Shown here: one piece after another, positions 1 to 9,377 of the stretch
Position numbering within the stretch: the stretch's first letter is position 1
How the letters are laid out: each line of letters opens with the position of its first letter
NCBI GenBank assembly: GCA_035257225.1
Contig: DATEXG010000074.1
Coordinates: forward strand, 1-42,203
Direction of reading: 5' to 3'
Length of the DNA stretch: 42,203 nucleotides
From: Candidatus Limnocylindrales bacterium
Lineage (GTDB): Bacteria; Chloroflexota; Limnocylindria; Limnocylindrales; CSP1-4
Notes under the pieces: generated by a model
Databases searched by the model: none
Told to the model about the DNA's origin: nothing
What the model saw: the letters and a program-made list of their open reading frames with translations, nothing else
Position numbers and translations under genes: made by a program

Positions 1-971
1 ACGCGGTCCGGGATATGGTCTTCGCGTCGGACCACGAGATCGTGCGCAGCGGCCGGTCGGCTACGGCCCAGACGCCCGGTGGAACGGGTGCGCTGCGTGT
101 CGCCGCCGACTTCTTGCTCCAGACCGGATCCTCGAAAACCATCTGGCTGAGTGAGCCGACGTGGCCGAATCACCCGCAGCTCTTCACCCTGGCGGGGTTC
201 GCCCTCCGGACCTACCCCTACCTGGACGATTCGGGTCGGCAGGTGGACGTGGACAGGATGCTCGGGGCTCTCCGCTCGGCCGCCCCGGGCGACGTGCTCC
301 TGCTCCATGGCTCGTGCCACAACCCCAGCGGCGTGGATCCGGATCAAGAGACCTGGGCCGCCATCGGGGAGGTCGTAATCGAGCGCGAGTTGCTGCCGAT
401 CGTGGACTTCGCCTACCAGGGATTCGGTTTTGGGCTCCGCGAGGACGCCGACTGGCTGACAGGCCTGGCCCGGCCGGGACTCGAGTTCCTGGTGTGCACG
501 AGCTACTCCAAGAACTTCGCCCTGTACAACGAGCGCGTGGGGGCTCTCACGATCGTGGCAGCCGACTCGGGCCGGGCGGCCGCGGCGCTGAGCCACGTCA
601 AGATCGCCATCCGCTCCAACTATTCGAACCCGCCGGCCCACGGCGGCGACATCGTCGAGACGATTCTCACGGACCCTGCCCTGCGGGCACGCTGGGAGAC
701 GGACCTGGCCGAGATGCGCAACCGCATCCTGGGCAACCGCGCGGCTCTCGTGGAAGCCCTGGTCGCCGCGGACGTGCCCGGCAACTGGGATCCGATCCGC
801 CATCAGCGGGGTATGTTCGCGCTGCTCGGGCTGTCCGCCGATCAGGTCGCGCGGCTGCGCGACGAGTTCGGCATATACATGGTGGGGCGCGGCCGCATCA
901 ACGTGGCCGGCCTCACCGCGGCCAACCTGCCGCGCGTGGTCCGGGCGGTGAAGGCCGTCATCGAGGGCTAG
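1..971 (+). CDS. Class-I aspartate/aromatic amino acid aminotransferase (AspC/TyrB family); 5' end lies outside the window
   Basis: ORF 15..971 is open to the window edge. It carries the PLP-lysine motif SYSKNFALYNERVGAL, HGSCHNPSG, and the C-terminal GRINVAGL typical of AspC/TyrB. Confidence 0.9.
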   Translation, partial: AVRDMVFASDHEIVRSGRSATAQTPGGTGALRVAADFLLQTGSSKTIWLSEPTWPNHPQLFTLAGFALRTYPYLDDSGRQVDVDRMLGALRSAAPGDVLLLHGSCHNPSGVDPDQETWAAIGEVVIERELLPIVDFAYQGFGFGLREDADWLTGLARPGLEFLVCTSYSKNFALYNERVGALTIVAADSGRAAAALSHVKIAIRSNYSNPPAHGGDIVETILTDPALRARWETDLAEMRNRILGNRAALVEALVAADVPGNWDPIRHQRGMFALLGLSADQVARLRDEFGIYMVGRGRINVAGLTAANLPRVVRAVKAVIEG

Positions 972-1048
972 GGCCGAGCTGCGGAACTCGCTGCCCCGGA
1001 CCGGCGTCTAGGATGTGTCAATCGCAACTACTGCGCGATGGGGATCCG

Positions 1049-1939
1049 ATGAACGCCTCCGCGGCTCACCTACCTCTCCCGGTCGCTCGCCTCGCGGGCG
1101 CCCTGATCCTCTCCCTTCTGGTCATGGCGTGCTCGGCCGCCGGGGCGACGACCCCGCCGGGCGCCCCCTCGTCCCCCGACGGTTCCCCCGCGCCCGGGTC
1201 ATCGGTGAGTGGCTTCTACCTCCGGGCGTCGCAAAGCCAGGCCCTGGCGGCGCAGTACACCTTCGGCTGGTTGCCGCTCGCCACGATCGCCGAGGGCAAG
1301 TTCTACGACGGCATGATCGCCATCCCCACGATCTATCCCGGCCCGCTGTACGTCGGGCTGTCGTACCAGACGATCAGCTCCAAGGGGATCGACGAGGTCG
1401 TCGCCGAAGCGCGCACCGACGGGTTGCTTGGCACGAAGACCGATTTCCTAGAGCAGCCGATGCCGGGCTCGGTGACCTGCCACGTCCAGCTGATCGTGGA
1501 CGGCGTCACGCACGACCTGACCGGCCAATGCGGCTCCACTGACGCTCAGAACGCCGCCGCGCCCGGGAGCTCGGGCGCGTTTGCCGCCTTCTGGAACAAG
1601 CTGACGAGCCTCTCGGCCTGGCTCGGCCCGGAGCTCGGATCCAGCGTCGCGTATGTGCCCTCGAGACTGGCCGTACTCGTCACGCCGCCCGTAGTGTTGC
1701 AGGACAGCCCGATCGCACCCAACCAGAAGCCGTGGCCCCTCGCCGCGCCGTTCGCCTCGTTCGGCTCGCCAATGGGCTCGGCCGACGTTCGATGCGCGGT
1801 CCTGTCGGGAGCGGACCTGGCCACGCTCTTGCCGGCCGTCCAGGCAGGAAACCAGCTGACTCGCTTCGTGGACAGCCAAGCGGTGGAGAGGTCGCTTCAG
1901 GCCCGAGTGCTGCTCCCGGGCGAAGCCGATCCCTGCTGA
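1049..1939 (+). CDS. Secreted lipoprotein of unknown function
   Basis: This is the 3' part of track ORF 161..1939. An in-frame ATG at 1049 gives a signal peptide ending in the lipobox-like LLVMAC, followed by a Pro/Ser-rich linker. The upstream part of the ORF overlaps the aminotransferase in another frame and is Arg/Gly-rich junk. Confidence 0.65.
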   Translation: MNASAAHLPLPVARLAGALILSLLVMACSAAGATTPPGAPSSPDGSPAPGSSVSGFYLRASQSQALAAQYTFGWLPLATIAEGKFYDGMIAIPTIYPGPLYVGLSYQTISSKGIDEVVAEARTDGLLGTKTDFLEQPMPGSVTCHVQLIVDGVTHDLTGQCGSTDAQNAAAPGSSGAFAAFWNKLTSLSAWLGPELGSSVAYVPSRLAVLVTPPVVLQDSPIAPNQKPWPLAAPFASFGSPMGSADVRCAVLSGADLATLLPAVQAGNQLTRFVDSQAVERSLQARVLLPGEADPC

Positions 1940-1997
1940 TCGCACGGGCATTACAAGGGGGGCCGAACGGCTATTGCGGCCTCGCTCGAGCGGGTCG

Positions 1998-3758
1998 ATG
2001 CTGAGCCCTATGAGACAGCTTCCTCGGTCGGTAAAGGACCTCCGCCCGACCGGTGTCGTCCACACCCCGTTCCGTGGCGCCGAGCTCCTCGAGCGCCCCC
2101 TGCTGAACAAGGACACGGGCTTCGACGAAGAGGAGCGAGACGTCTTCGGACTGCGAGGATTGCTCCCGCCGCGAACGGCAGCGATCACGGAGCAGGTGCA
2201 CCTGGAGCTCGAGCACATCCGCCGCAAGAGCGACGACCTCGAGCGCTACATCGGCCTCGCGGCGCTGCAGGATCGGAACGAGACCCTCTTCTACCGGGTC
2301 CTTCTCGAGAACCTCGAGGAGTTTCTGCCGATCGTCTATACACCCACCGTGGGTCGCGCCTGCCAGACCTTCAGCCACATCATGCGACGGCCCCGCGGGC
2401 TGTGGATCACTCCGGCCGACATCGACCGGATCCCCGATCTGCTGCGAAACGCCCGGCCGGATTCGACCGGCTCGAGCGCCGCCGCGGAGGACGTGCGCCT
2501 GATCGTAGCCACGGACAACGAGCGCATCCTCGGCCTGGGCGACCAGGGCGCCGGCGGCATGGGCATCCCAGTCGGGAAGCTGGCCCTGTACACCGCGGGA
2601 GCGGGCATCTACCCGGCTCACACGCTGCCGGTGTCGCTGGACGTGGGCACGGACAACGAGGATCTGCTGGCCGATCCGCTCTACATCGGGTACCGCCAGC
2701 GGCGGCTCCGCGGAGCGGAGTACGACGATTTCCTCGAGGCGTTCGTGGGTGCCATCCTGGACGTATGCCCACGCGCCATCCTGCAGTGGGAAGACTTCAA
2801 GCAGCACAACGCCATCAAGATCCTGGACCGCTACCGCCACAGGATCACCAGCTTCAACGACGACGTCCAGGGCACCGGCGCCGTAGTCCTGGCGGGGATT
2901 CTGGCCGCCGTTCGGGCTCTGGGACGGCCGCTGGGCGAGCAGCGGTTCGTCTTCCTCGGAGCCGGGGCAGCCGGGATCGGCATCGCCCGTACGGTTCGGG
3001 CGGCCATGAACGCCGAGGGTCTGGACGCCGCGTCTGTGAAGCGGGCCATCGTCGCCGTGGACACCAAGGGCCTAATCTTCGCCGGCCGCGATCAGCTCGA
3101 CGACGACAAGATGGAGTTCGCGCTCGGGCCCGAGGAGCTGGCCGGTTACGGCCTGGCCGGTCTGAAGCCGGGCGACCGGCTGGACCTGGAGGCGGTGGTG
3201 GCCGCGGTCAAGCCCACGATGCTGGTCGGCACCAGCGGCGTCGCCGGCGCCTTCACGGAGAAGGCGATCCGCGAGATGGCCGCTCATGCCGAGCGACCGG
3301 TCATCTTCCCTCTCTCCAACCCGACGGCCAGGACGGAGGCCGTTCCCGCCGACATCATGGCCTGGACCGGCGGCCGGGCCCTGATCGCGACCGGCAGCCC
3401 CTTCGAGCCGGTCACGGTGGACGGCAAAGCGCACGTCATCGGCCAGGCCAACAACGTCTTCATCTTCCCGGGCGTTGGCCTGGGGGCGATCGTGGCCGAG
3501 GCCCACGAGATAACCGACGAGATGTTCCTGCTCGCCGCGCGAACACTCGCGGAAATGGTTTCGCCGGAACGCCTCGCCGCCGGCGCTCTGTATCCCGCCG
3601 TTTCGGAGCTGCGCAAGGTTTCCCGGCAGATCGCGGAGAAGGTCGTCTGCCAGAGCCGCGACTGCGGTGTCGGCCGCCTCTATCGCGACGAGGAGGTCCT
3701 CGACGCGGTCGATTCGGCGATGTGGTATCCGGACTATCTGCCGTACCGCCCGGTCTGA
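1998..3758 (+). CDS. NAD(P)-dependent malic enzyme (oxaloacetate-decarboxylating malate dehydrogenase)
   Basis: Malic-enzyme signatures: LLNKDTGFDEEERDVFGLRGLLPP, VYTPTVG, FNDDVQGTGAVVLAG, GAGAAGIGIA (Rossmann), PLSNPT. The start is uncertain (TTG 1974, ATG 1998 or ATG 2010). Confidence 0.92.
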   Translation: MLSPMRQLPRSVKDLRPTGVVHTPFRGAELLERPLLNKDTGFDEEERDVFGLRGLLPPRTAAITEQVHLELEHIRRKSDDLERYIGLAALQDRNETLFYRVLLENLEEFLPIVYTPTVGRACQTFSHIMRRPRGLWITPADIDRIPDLLRNARPDSTGSSAAAEDVRLIVATDNERILGLGDQGAGGMGIPVGKLALYTAGAGIYPAHTLPVSLDVGTDNEDLLADPLYIGYRQRRLRGAEYDDFLEAFVGAILDVCPRAILQWEDFKQHNAIKILDRYRHRITSFNDDVQGTGAVVLAGILAAVRALGRPLGEQRFVFLGAGAAGIGIARTVRAAMNAEGLDAASVKRAIVAVDTKGLIFAGRDQLDDDKMEFALGPEELAGYGLAGLKPGDRLDLEAVVAAVKPTMLVGTSGVAGAFTEKAIREMAAHAERPVIFPLSNPTARTEAVPADIMAWTGGRALIATGSPFEPVTVDGKAHVIGQANNVFIFPGVGLGAIVAEAHEITDEMFLLAARTLAEMVSPERLAAGALYPAVSELRKVSRQIAEKVVCQSRDCGVGRLYRDEEVLDAVDSAMWYPDYLPYRPV

Positions 3759-3780
3759 CTGGGGAACCAGGCGTTGCGCT

Positions 3781-3806
3781 GTGGCACCACCTGTCTAGTG
3801 GCACCA
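3781..3806 (+). promoter_or_regulatory. Two direct GTGGCACCA repeats, 17 nt apart, in the leader of the 3973 gene
   Basis: GTGGCACCA occurs at 3781-3789 and 3798-3806. Related GGTGCA/TGCACC/GGCACC copies follow at about 3818, 3849 and 3860. The spacer is visibly less GC-rich than the coding DNA. Confidence 0.3.
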
Positions 3807-3972
3807 GGACCTTCGGTTGGTGCACGAATAGTCCCAAGGGGATCAAGTTGCACCGCAGCGGCACCGAAACCTTGGACAGAACCTGACCTGAGCGGTCCTG
3901 GTTGCCCAAGTCCGCGCGGATGGCTCGGCTCGGCGGTCTGAAATCCGGCCGGCGGGCCCAAGGAGTTCTTGT

Positions 3973-4533
3973 ATGGCCGTAGGCACATTCGATCCGTTGT
4001 TAGGGACGACCGGGATAGTCGTCACCCGCAGGAAGCCCGGCCACTTCGTGGCGCTTACCGAGGACGGGCGGATCGACGCACTGCTCGCCCAGGGCGGTGT
4101 CAAGCTCGCGAATGCCCTGGAGAAGCGCGCCGCGATCAGCGTGAGCAACGCGCAGCAGGGTCCGAACGACCTCTCCGCGCCACTCGCGCCCGCCAACGGC
4201 ATCAGGAGCGTCGACCCCTACGACATCACGATCGCGATGCCCGCCGAGGATGGCGAGCCGGTCGTCACCGAGGCAGATCGGGATGCCTGGAGCAGGTTCC
4301 GAGTCGCCTTCGACGTCACTCTCGAAGCCACTCCGTTCACGATCTCAGGCGTGCTGCTGCTGCTCCCGTCACAGGACCCGATGTCGCTGACCGAGCGCGG
4401 AACCGAGCTGTTCCTGCCCGTCTTCAGCCCAACGGTGGAGGTCGGCAACACGATCCTTCGCGACACCCCGCGCGACGCGATCCTGGTCAACCGATCGCAC
4501 CTTCGCCGGGTCAAGGCCAGCATGCGGCGCTAG
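3973..4533 (+). CDS. Hypothetical protein (186 aa), no family recognised
   Basis: Strong SD (AAGGAG, 3960-3965) 7 nt before the ATG. Third-codon positions are GC-rich throughout. A clean hairpin terminator follows. I could not match any motif to a named family. Confidence 0.75.
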   Translation: MAVGTFDPLLGTTGIVVTRRKPGHFVALTEDGRIDALLAQGGVKLANALEKRAAISVSNAQQGPNDLSAPLAPANGIRSVDPYDITIAMPAEDGEPVVTEADRDAWSRFRVAFDVTLEATPFTISGVLLLLPSQDPMSLTERGTELFLPVFSPTVEVGNTILRDTPRDAILVNRSHLRRVKASMRR

Positions 4534-4601
4534 CTGCAGGTTCGGATGACGTGCCCGAGCGCCGTGACAGGCACTCCGGGATGAGATGAATATCACCTAC
4601 T

Positions 4602-4637
4602 GACGGCGCGACTACGGCCAGTCGCGCCGTCTGTTTG
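4602..4637 (+). terminator. Rho-independent terminator candidate after the 3973..4533 gene
   Basis: Perfect 12-bp stem GACGGCGCGACT / AGTCGCGCCGTC (4602-4613 / 4620-4631) with a 6-nt loop, followed by TGTTTG. Confidence 0.7.
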
Positions 4638-4885
4638 CGCGAAGGCGGCACGATCGCCCCGCCACGGACGGGCCAATCCCAAACCGGAGCGCCGGCGGCG
4701 GCAAGATCGGCTCCAGGTGAGAGAATGCCCGAAACGGCTCCCATGTGAGCAGCGGTCGGTCGATTCGCACGGTCGCCTGATCCACCAGCCGGCGACCGGC
4801 CTCGAGAGCACTGCTCGGCGGGCGTGCACGTAGCCGCCCGCCCGGGAGTCACTTGCTGTGAAGCCGGTCGCCCGGAGAGGTCGAG

Positions 4886-6004
4886 ATGATTGTTGGCGTG
4901 CCCCGTGAGATCAAGGACAACGAGTTCCGGGTAGGCCTCACGCCGAGCGCCGTCCGCGAGCTCGTCGAGCACGGTCACAAGGTGGTCGTCGAATCGGGCG
5001 CCGGCGAGGCCATCGATCTCGACGACAACTACTACCGGGCCGTCGGCGCCGAGGTAGTCCCGGATTCCGCCGCGGTATTCGGCCGAGCCGAGCTCGTCGT
5101 GAAGGTCAAGGAACCGCAGCCGGCGGAGATCGGCCTGCTGCGCGAGGGGCAGGTTCTGTTTACGTACCTCCACCTCGCGCCGGACGCAGCCCAGACGGAA
5201 GGGATCCTGCGGTCCGGTTGCATCGCCGTGGCGTATGAGACGGTCACCGACGAGCGTGGCGGACTGCCCCTGCTGGCCCCGATGAGCGAGGTGGCCGGAC
5301 GGATGTCGATCCAGGCCGGTGCGCACGCTCTCGAGCGCGAGGCCGGGGGTCGAGGCGTCCTGCTCGGCGGCGTCCCCGGCGTCCCACCGGCAAAGGTCGT
5401 GGTGCTGGGCGGCGGCGTGGTCGGCATGAATGCCCTTCGCATGGCCCTCGGGCTCGAGGCAGACGTCACCGTCCTCGACAAGTCGCTGCCCCGCCTCAAG
5501 GAGCTCGACCTGGCCTTCGCCCCGGCCCTCAAGACGCGCTACGCCACGATCGACGCAGTCGAGGAGAGCGTTCTGACGGCGGACCTGGTCATCGGCGCCG
5601 TACTCACGCCGGGCGGTACCGCGCCCCGACTCGTGACCCGCGAGATGATCCGCAGCATGCGCCGTGGGACTGTCGTGGTGGACGTGTCGATCGATCAGGG
5701 CGGCTGCTTCGAGACGTCTCGACCCACGACTCACTCCAATCCCACGTACGTGGTCGACGGCGTGGTCCACTACTGCGTCACGAACATGCCCGGGGCCGTG
5801 GCCCGAACCTCGACTTTCGCCCTCAACAACGCCACGTTGCCCTTCACCCTGGCGCTCGCCGACAAGGGCGTTCGAAAGGCCATGGCGGATGACTGCCATC
5901 TCCTGGACGGATTGAACGTGTGCCGCGGCCACGTAACCCATCGGGCTGTGGCCGAAGCGCACGGGCTGGAGTTCGTGCCGCCCGAACAGGCGCTCGCTCT
6001 CTAG
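4886..6004 (+). CDS. ald: L-alanine dehydrogenase
   Basis: The N-terminus [27 protein letters not shown] is diagnostic for Ald. Also [10 protein letters not shown] (NAD fold) and [20 protein letters not shown] lies upstream. Confidence 0.95.
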   Translation: MIVGVPREIKDNEFRVGLTPSAVRELVEHGHKVVVESGAGEAIDLDDNYYRAVGAEVVPDSAAVFGRAELVVKVKEPQPAEIGLLREGQVLFTYLHLAPDAAQTEGILRSGCIAVAYETVTDERGGLPLLAPMSEVAGRMSIQAGAHALEREAGGRGVLLGGVPGVPPAKVVVLGGGVVGMNALRMALGLEADVTVLDKSLPRLKELDLAFAPALKTRYATIDAVEESVLTADLVIGAVLTPGGTAPRLVTREMIRSMRRGTVVVDVSIDQGGCFETSRPTTHSNPTYVVDGVVHYCVTNMPGAVARTSTFALNNATLPFTLALADKGVRKAMADDCHLLDGLNVCRGHVTHRAVAEAHGLEFVPPEQALAL

Positions 6005-6063
6005 ACAGCGACGGCGGGCCGCCGGCGAGAGCCGCAGAGGGGTCGCCGGCAGGAGGAGATCGG

Positions 6064-6765
6064 TTGCGGTTCGAGCTATACCTGGAGTCGGGGCCGCAGC
6101 ACCGCAAGACGTGGGTCTTCGTGCCGAGCCTGCCCGGTTGCGTCGCCGTGGGCCCTACCAGCGAAGCCGCCATCGAGATCGCGCGGGCGGCGATTGGGAA
6201 GCGGCTCGACTTCCTGCGCCGCCACGGTGAGACGATCGCCGGCGCGGAAACGATCGATGTGGTGGTCGCGGAGCACGTCATAGAACGAGAGTTCCTCGGC
6301 TATGGTCAGCAGTTCTTCCCGCCGGACGCCGAGCCGTTGACGGAGGCCGAGGCCCGCCACGAGCTGCGCTGGGCAGCGTGGTCGCGCGAGGAGCTCGTGG
6401 CAGCGGCCGCGGCGCAATCCGAGCCACTGAGCGTCAGGCCGGCCGCGGGCGGGAGATCGGCTGCGGCGATCATCTCGCACGTCGCCGGGGCGGAGTGGGC
6501 CTACGTCAGCTCCACGCTCGGCACCTTGCGCGGCGGCAGCGCGGCGATTGCCGCGATCGAAAGGGCGGGAGAGCGGCCGTGGGAGGCACTCGCCGCCGAG
6601 CGCGGGACCCTCATGGCGCGCCTCGATGCCATGACACCTGAAGAGCTGAGCCGAGTGGTCGAACGCAAAGGCAGGCCCCACTGGACCGCCCGTCGAATGC
6701 TGCGCCGTATGCTCGAGCACGAATCGGAGCACGTGGCGGAGTTGCGGTCGCGACTGCCCACGTGA
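6064..6765 (+). CDS. Fusion protein: HicB-like/UPF0150 N-terminal domain plus DinB-family four-helix-bundle C-terminal domain
   Basis: TTG start at 6064, preceded by GGAGGAG. The N-terminus (LRFELYLESG..WVFVPSLPGCVAVGPTSEAAIEIARAAI) resembles the HicB antitoxin fold. The C-terminus (MLRRMLEHESEHVAELRSRL) resembles the DinB-type metal-binding helix. Confidence 0.65.
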   Translation: MRFELYLESGPQHRKTWVFVPSLPGCVAVGPTSEAAIEIARAAIGKRLDFLRRHGETIAGAETIDVVVAEHVIEREFLGYGQQFFPPDAEPLTEAEARHELRWAAWSREELVAAAAAQSEPLSVRPAAGGRSAAAIISHVAGAEWAYVSSTLGTLRGGSAAIAAIERAGERPWEALAAERGTLMARLDAMTPEELSRVVERKGRPHWTARRMLRRMLEHESEHVAELRSRLPT

Positions 6766-6799
6766 GTCGCCGGGTCCGCGTGGCCTGAGAAACATCGAA

Positions 6800-6818
6800 G
6801 CCGGCGCGTTGCGCCGGC
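6800..6818. terminator. Hairpin between convergent genes (bidirectional terminator candidate)
   Basis: Perfect 8-bp GC stem GCCGGCGC / GCGCCGGC with loop GTT, located between the stop at 6765 (+) and the stop at 6841 (-). Confidence 0.45.
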
Positions 6819-6840
6819 CTCAGTATTCGTGGCGGGTCCG

Positions 6841-7326
6841 TCAGGCGCCGAGCACCACTCGGGCGATCTCCGGATCGATCTCCTCGGTGAGCAAAGCGCC
6901 CACTCGCTCGGCGGCTCGCTTTGCCAGCGGGTTGCCCATCGTGAAGCGAGTGTTGGGAACCATGAGGTCGAGATCCGCGAGCCGCGACTGGCTGAACCTG
7001 GCGCGATGGCGCTGGCAGCAGTTGATGGTCAGGTCCTGCTCGTCCTCGATTCCGTGCCCGGTGATGTAGTAATTGCCAACCCGGGCTACGACTTCTACCG
7101 GGCCGGTGCCGTTGGCGTAGAAGCCCAACGGATGGACGGCGGTGGGGCCGAGCCAGGCGACGAGGGCATCGACGAGGACGGCCGATGCCTTGACCTCGTG
7201 CCACCCCTCGCCTCGCACGATCTGGGCAACGGAGCGGCCGATCTCGGCCGCTTCCTCGGAGACGAGGACGGCAAGGAGGTCGCGGTTGAGCGAGGCGATG
7301 GCCCGGCTCGGGCCTTTTTCGGTCAT
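6841..7326 (-). CDS. Hypothetical protein (161 aa; alternative GTG start at 7392)
   Basis: ORF 6841..7392 has GC-rich third positions. I prefer the internal ATG at 7326 (MTEKGPS...), but neither start has a good SD. It contains GHG...x12...CCQRH, a possible His/Cys cluster. No family recognised. Confidence 0.6.
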   Translation of the reverse strand: MTEKGPSRAIASLNRDLLAVLVSEEAAEIGRSVAQIVRGEGWHEVKASAVLVDALVAWLGPTAVHPLGFYANGTGPVEVVARVGNYYITGHGIEDEQDLTINCCQRHRARFSQSRLADLDLMVPNTRFTMGNPLAKRAAERVGALLTEEIDPEIARVVLGA

Positions 7327-7626
7327 AACACTCTGCTGACGGTCGGGTTGATCCACTGTGGCGCACGTGATTCCAGTCGTGTGCGCGTACACGATAGACG
7401 AGCCATTCTGGTCGTCAAGTACAGCCTTCCGGCCCGCTCGGTCAGTACTTTCGGCTGCACGAGCGTGGACCCCATGACCGGACGAACCAGTTGCCCGCCG
7501 TCACCCCGGCGTGCATGACGCCAAATTGAGCAGGCTACCTTGAGCATACCGCGCCGGTGCTATGGCGCAACGCCTCGGGACTCACGAAATGTGTCTATGG
7601 CGGGATTCTGGCGCCAGTTCGCGGGA

Positions 7627-9276
7627 CTAGGACCCGGCGCCCGCCGCCGCGAGGGCATGAGTCACGACCATCTGGGCCTCGCCGAGCAGGAGTTGCAGAT
7701 GCTCCTCGCCCAGGAAACTCTCGGCGTAGACCTTGTACACCTCCTCCGTCCCGGAGGGGCGGGCCGCGAACCAGCCGTGCTCGGTGATGACCTTGACCCC
7801 GTCGATCGGCGCGTCGTTGCCGGGCGCTCGAGTGAGCACGGCAACGATGGGCTCTCCGGCGAGCTCCGAGGCCTCGATCTGGGTCGGTGAGAGCCTGGCC
7901 AGAACCGCTTGCTGTTCGCGAGTGGCAGGGGCGTCGATGCGCTGGTAGGCGGGCGCTCCGAACCGTGCCGTCAGCTCGCCATACGCGACGGCCGGGTCGT
8001 GCCCGCTGCGCGCGGTCAGCTCGGCGGCGAGCAGGCAGGCGATCAGACCGTCCTTGTCGCTCGTCCAGACTGCCCCGTCGCGTCGCAGGAACGAGGCGCC
8101 GGCGCTCTCCTCTCCCCCGAATCCAAGCGAGCCATCCACCAGTCCGGCCACGAACCACTTGAAACCGACCGGGACCTCGACCAACTTGCGGGGCAGCTCG
8201 GCTGCGACGCGGTCGAGCATGCCAGTGGAGACAAGCGTCTTCCCGACGGCCACGTCCGGGCGCCAATCTCGGTTCCGATACAGGTATGCGACCGCCGCGG
8301 AGAGGAAGTGGTTCGGGTTCATCAGCCCCGCCGTTCCGGTCACGATGCCGTGGCGGTCGGCGTCGGTGTCGGTGGCAAAGGCCAGGTCGAAGCGGTCCTT
8401 CAGGGCAACAAGTCGGGCCATCGCGTAAGGCGACGAAGGATCCATACGGATCCGGCCATCCCAATCGACGGTCATGAAGCCGAACTGTGGGTCGACGATC
8501 TCGTTGGTGACGGTCAGATCGAGGTGGTACCGGTCGCGGATGGAGGCCCAGTAGCCGACGCTCGCGCCTCCGAGAGGATCCACGCCCAGCTTGAGGCCGG
8601 AGGCTCCGATCGCCTCCATGTCGACGACTCGCGCCAGGTCGGCGACGTAGACCCCCGTGAAGTCGTAGCGTCCGACCTCGCCCACGGCGCGCTCGTACGG
8701 GAGGCGCCGCACGCCCGCCAGCCGGGCCGCGAGCAGCTCGTTGGCCGCGTCCTGGATCGCCCCCGTCACGTCGGTGTCGGCTGGGCCGCCGCTGGGCGGG
8801 TTGTACTTGAACCCTCCGTCCTCCGGCGGGTTGTGGGACGGGGTGACGACGATGCCGTCGGCGAGGCCTCCCTCGCGGTCTCGGTTGTAGGTGAGGATCG
8901 CGTGCGAGACGGAGGGCGTAGGCGTCAGGCCGTCGGCGCTGTCGACCAGCACAGAAACGCCGTTCGCGACCAGGACCTCGATGGCGGAACGCGTCGCCGG
9001 CTCGGAGAGGGCGTGGCTGTCGCGGCCGATGAAGAGCGGCCCGTTCGTTCCCTGGGCTTGCCGGTAGCGGCAGATAGCCTCGCTCGTGGCCAGAATGTGG
9101 TCCTCGTTGAACGAGCCGTTGAGCGACGAGCCGCGGTGCCCCGAGGTGCCGAAAGCAACCGCCTGGGCCGGCACAGCTGGATCCGGGTGGATGTCGTAGT
9201 AGGCCGCGATGAGCCGGTCGACGTCGACCAGCATCGATGGCTCCGCGGGCTTGCCCGCCCGGTCGCTGACTTCCAC
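7627..9276 (-). CDS. pgm: Phosphoglucomutase, alpha-D-glucose-phosphate specific
   Basis: Active-site loop TPSHNPPEDGGFKYN, metal loop FATDTDADRHG, GEESAG. A GTG at 9276 gives an N-terminus (VEVSDRAGKPAEPSMLVDV...) collinear with enterobacterial Pgm, and AAGGGG lies upstream. Confidence 0.93.
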   Translation of the reverse strand: MEVSDRAGKPAEPSMLVDVDRLIAAYYDIHPDPAVPAQAVAFGTSGHRGSSLNGSFNEDHILATSEAICRYRQAQGTNGPLFIGRDSHALSEPATRSAIEVLVANGVSVLVDSADGLTPTPSVSHAILTYNRDREGGLADGIVVTPSHNPPEDGGFKYNPPSGGPADTDVTGAIQDAANELLAARLAGVRRLPYERAVGEVGRYDFTGVYVADLARVVDMEAIGASGLKLGVDPLGGASVGYWASIRDRYHLDLTVTNEIVDPQFGFMTVDWDGRIRMDPSSPYAMARLVALKDRFDLAFATDTDADRHGIVTGTAGLMNPNHFLSAAVAYLYRNRDWRPDVAVGKTLVSTGMLDRVAAELPRKLVEVPVGFKWFVAGLVDGSLGFGGEESAGASFLRRDGAVWTSDKDGLIACLLAAELTARSGHDPAVAYGELTARFGAPAYQRIDAPATREQQAVLARLSPTQIEASELAGEPIVAVLTRAPGNDAPIDGVKVITEHGWFAARPSGTEEVYKVYAESFLGEEHLQLLLGEAQMVVTHALAAAGAGS

Positions 9277-9295
9277 GCCTAGCCCCTTGCTCGTT

Positions 9296-9313
9296 GGCCG
9301 TTGTTCAACGGCC
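9296..9313 (-). terminator. Intercistronic hairpin between the 9378..9791 gene and pgm
   Basis: Perfect 7-bp stem GGCCGTT / AACGGCC with a 4-nt loop. There is no U-tract, so it may be an attenuator or processing hairpin rather than a full terminator. Confidence 0.3.
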
Positions 9314-9377
9314 TGCGGAGGGCATGATGACGCGCCTGGTTCCCGGGGACCAGTCCGTCCGGTCGGTGGCGCCCGGA

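Noticed and set aside
161-1048. N-terminal 296 codons of the 592-aa ORF 161..1939, overlapping the aminotransferase gene
   Set aside because: It is an alternative frame of a gene with unmistakable AspC/TyrB motifs, and its translation is Arg/Gly/Pro-rich. Only the part from ATG 1049 (signal peptide plus lipobox) is credible.
2402-3886. 494-aa ORF in an alternative frame of the malic enzyme gene, plus similar long antisense/alternative-frame ORFs (4511..5962 -, 7909..9282 +, 9742..11214 +, 10941..12329 -, 27766..29073 +, 24264..25196 -)
   Set aside because: All of them overlap genes with clear family signatures. They have extreme Arg/Gly/Pro composition and no recognisable motifs, so they are GC-driven open frames.
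7323-7547. 74-aa minus-strand ORF whose TGA overlaps the ATG of the 6841..7326 gene (ATGA)
   Set aside because: The third-position GC of the codons I checked is only about 50%, far below the real genes here. There is no SD, and the ATGA overlap is expected by chance when the second codon begins with A.
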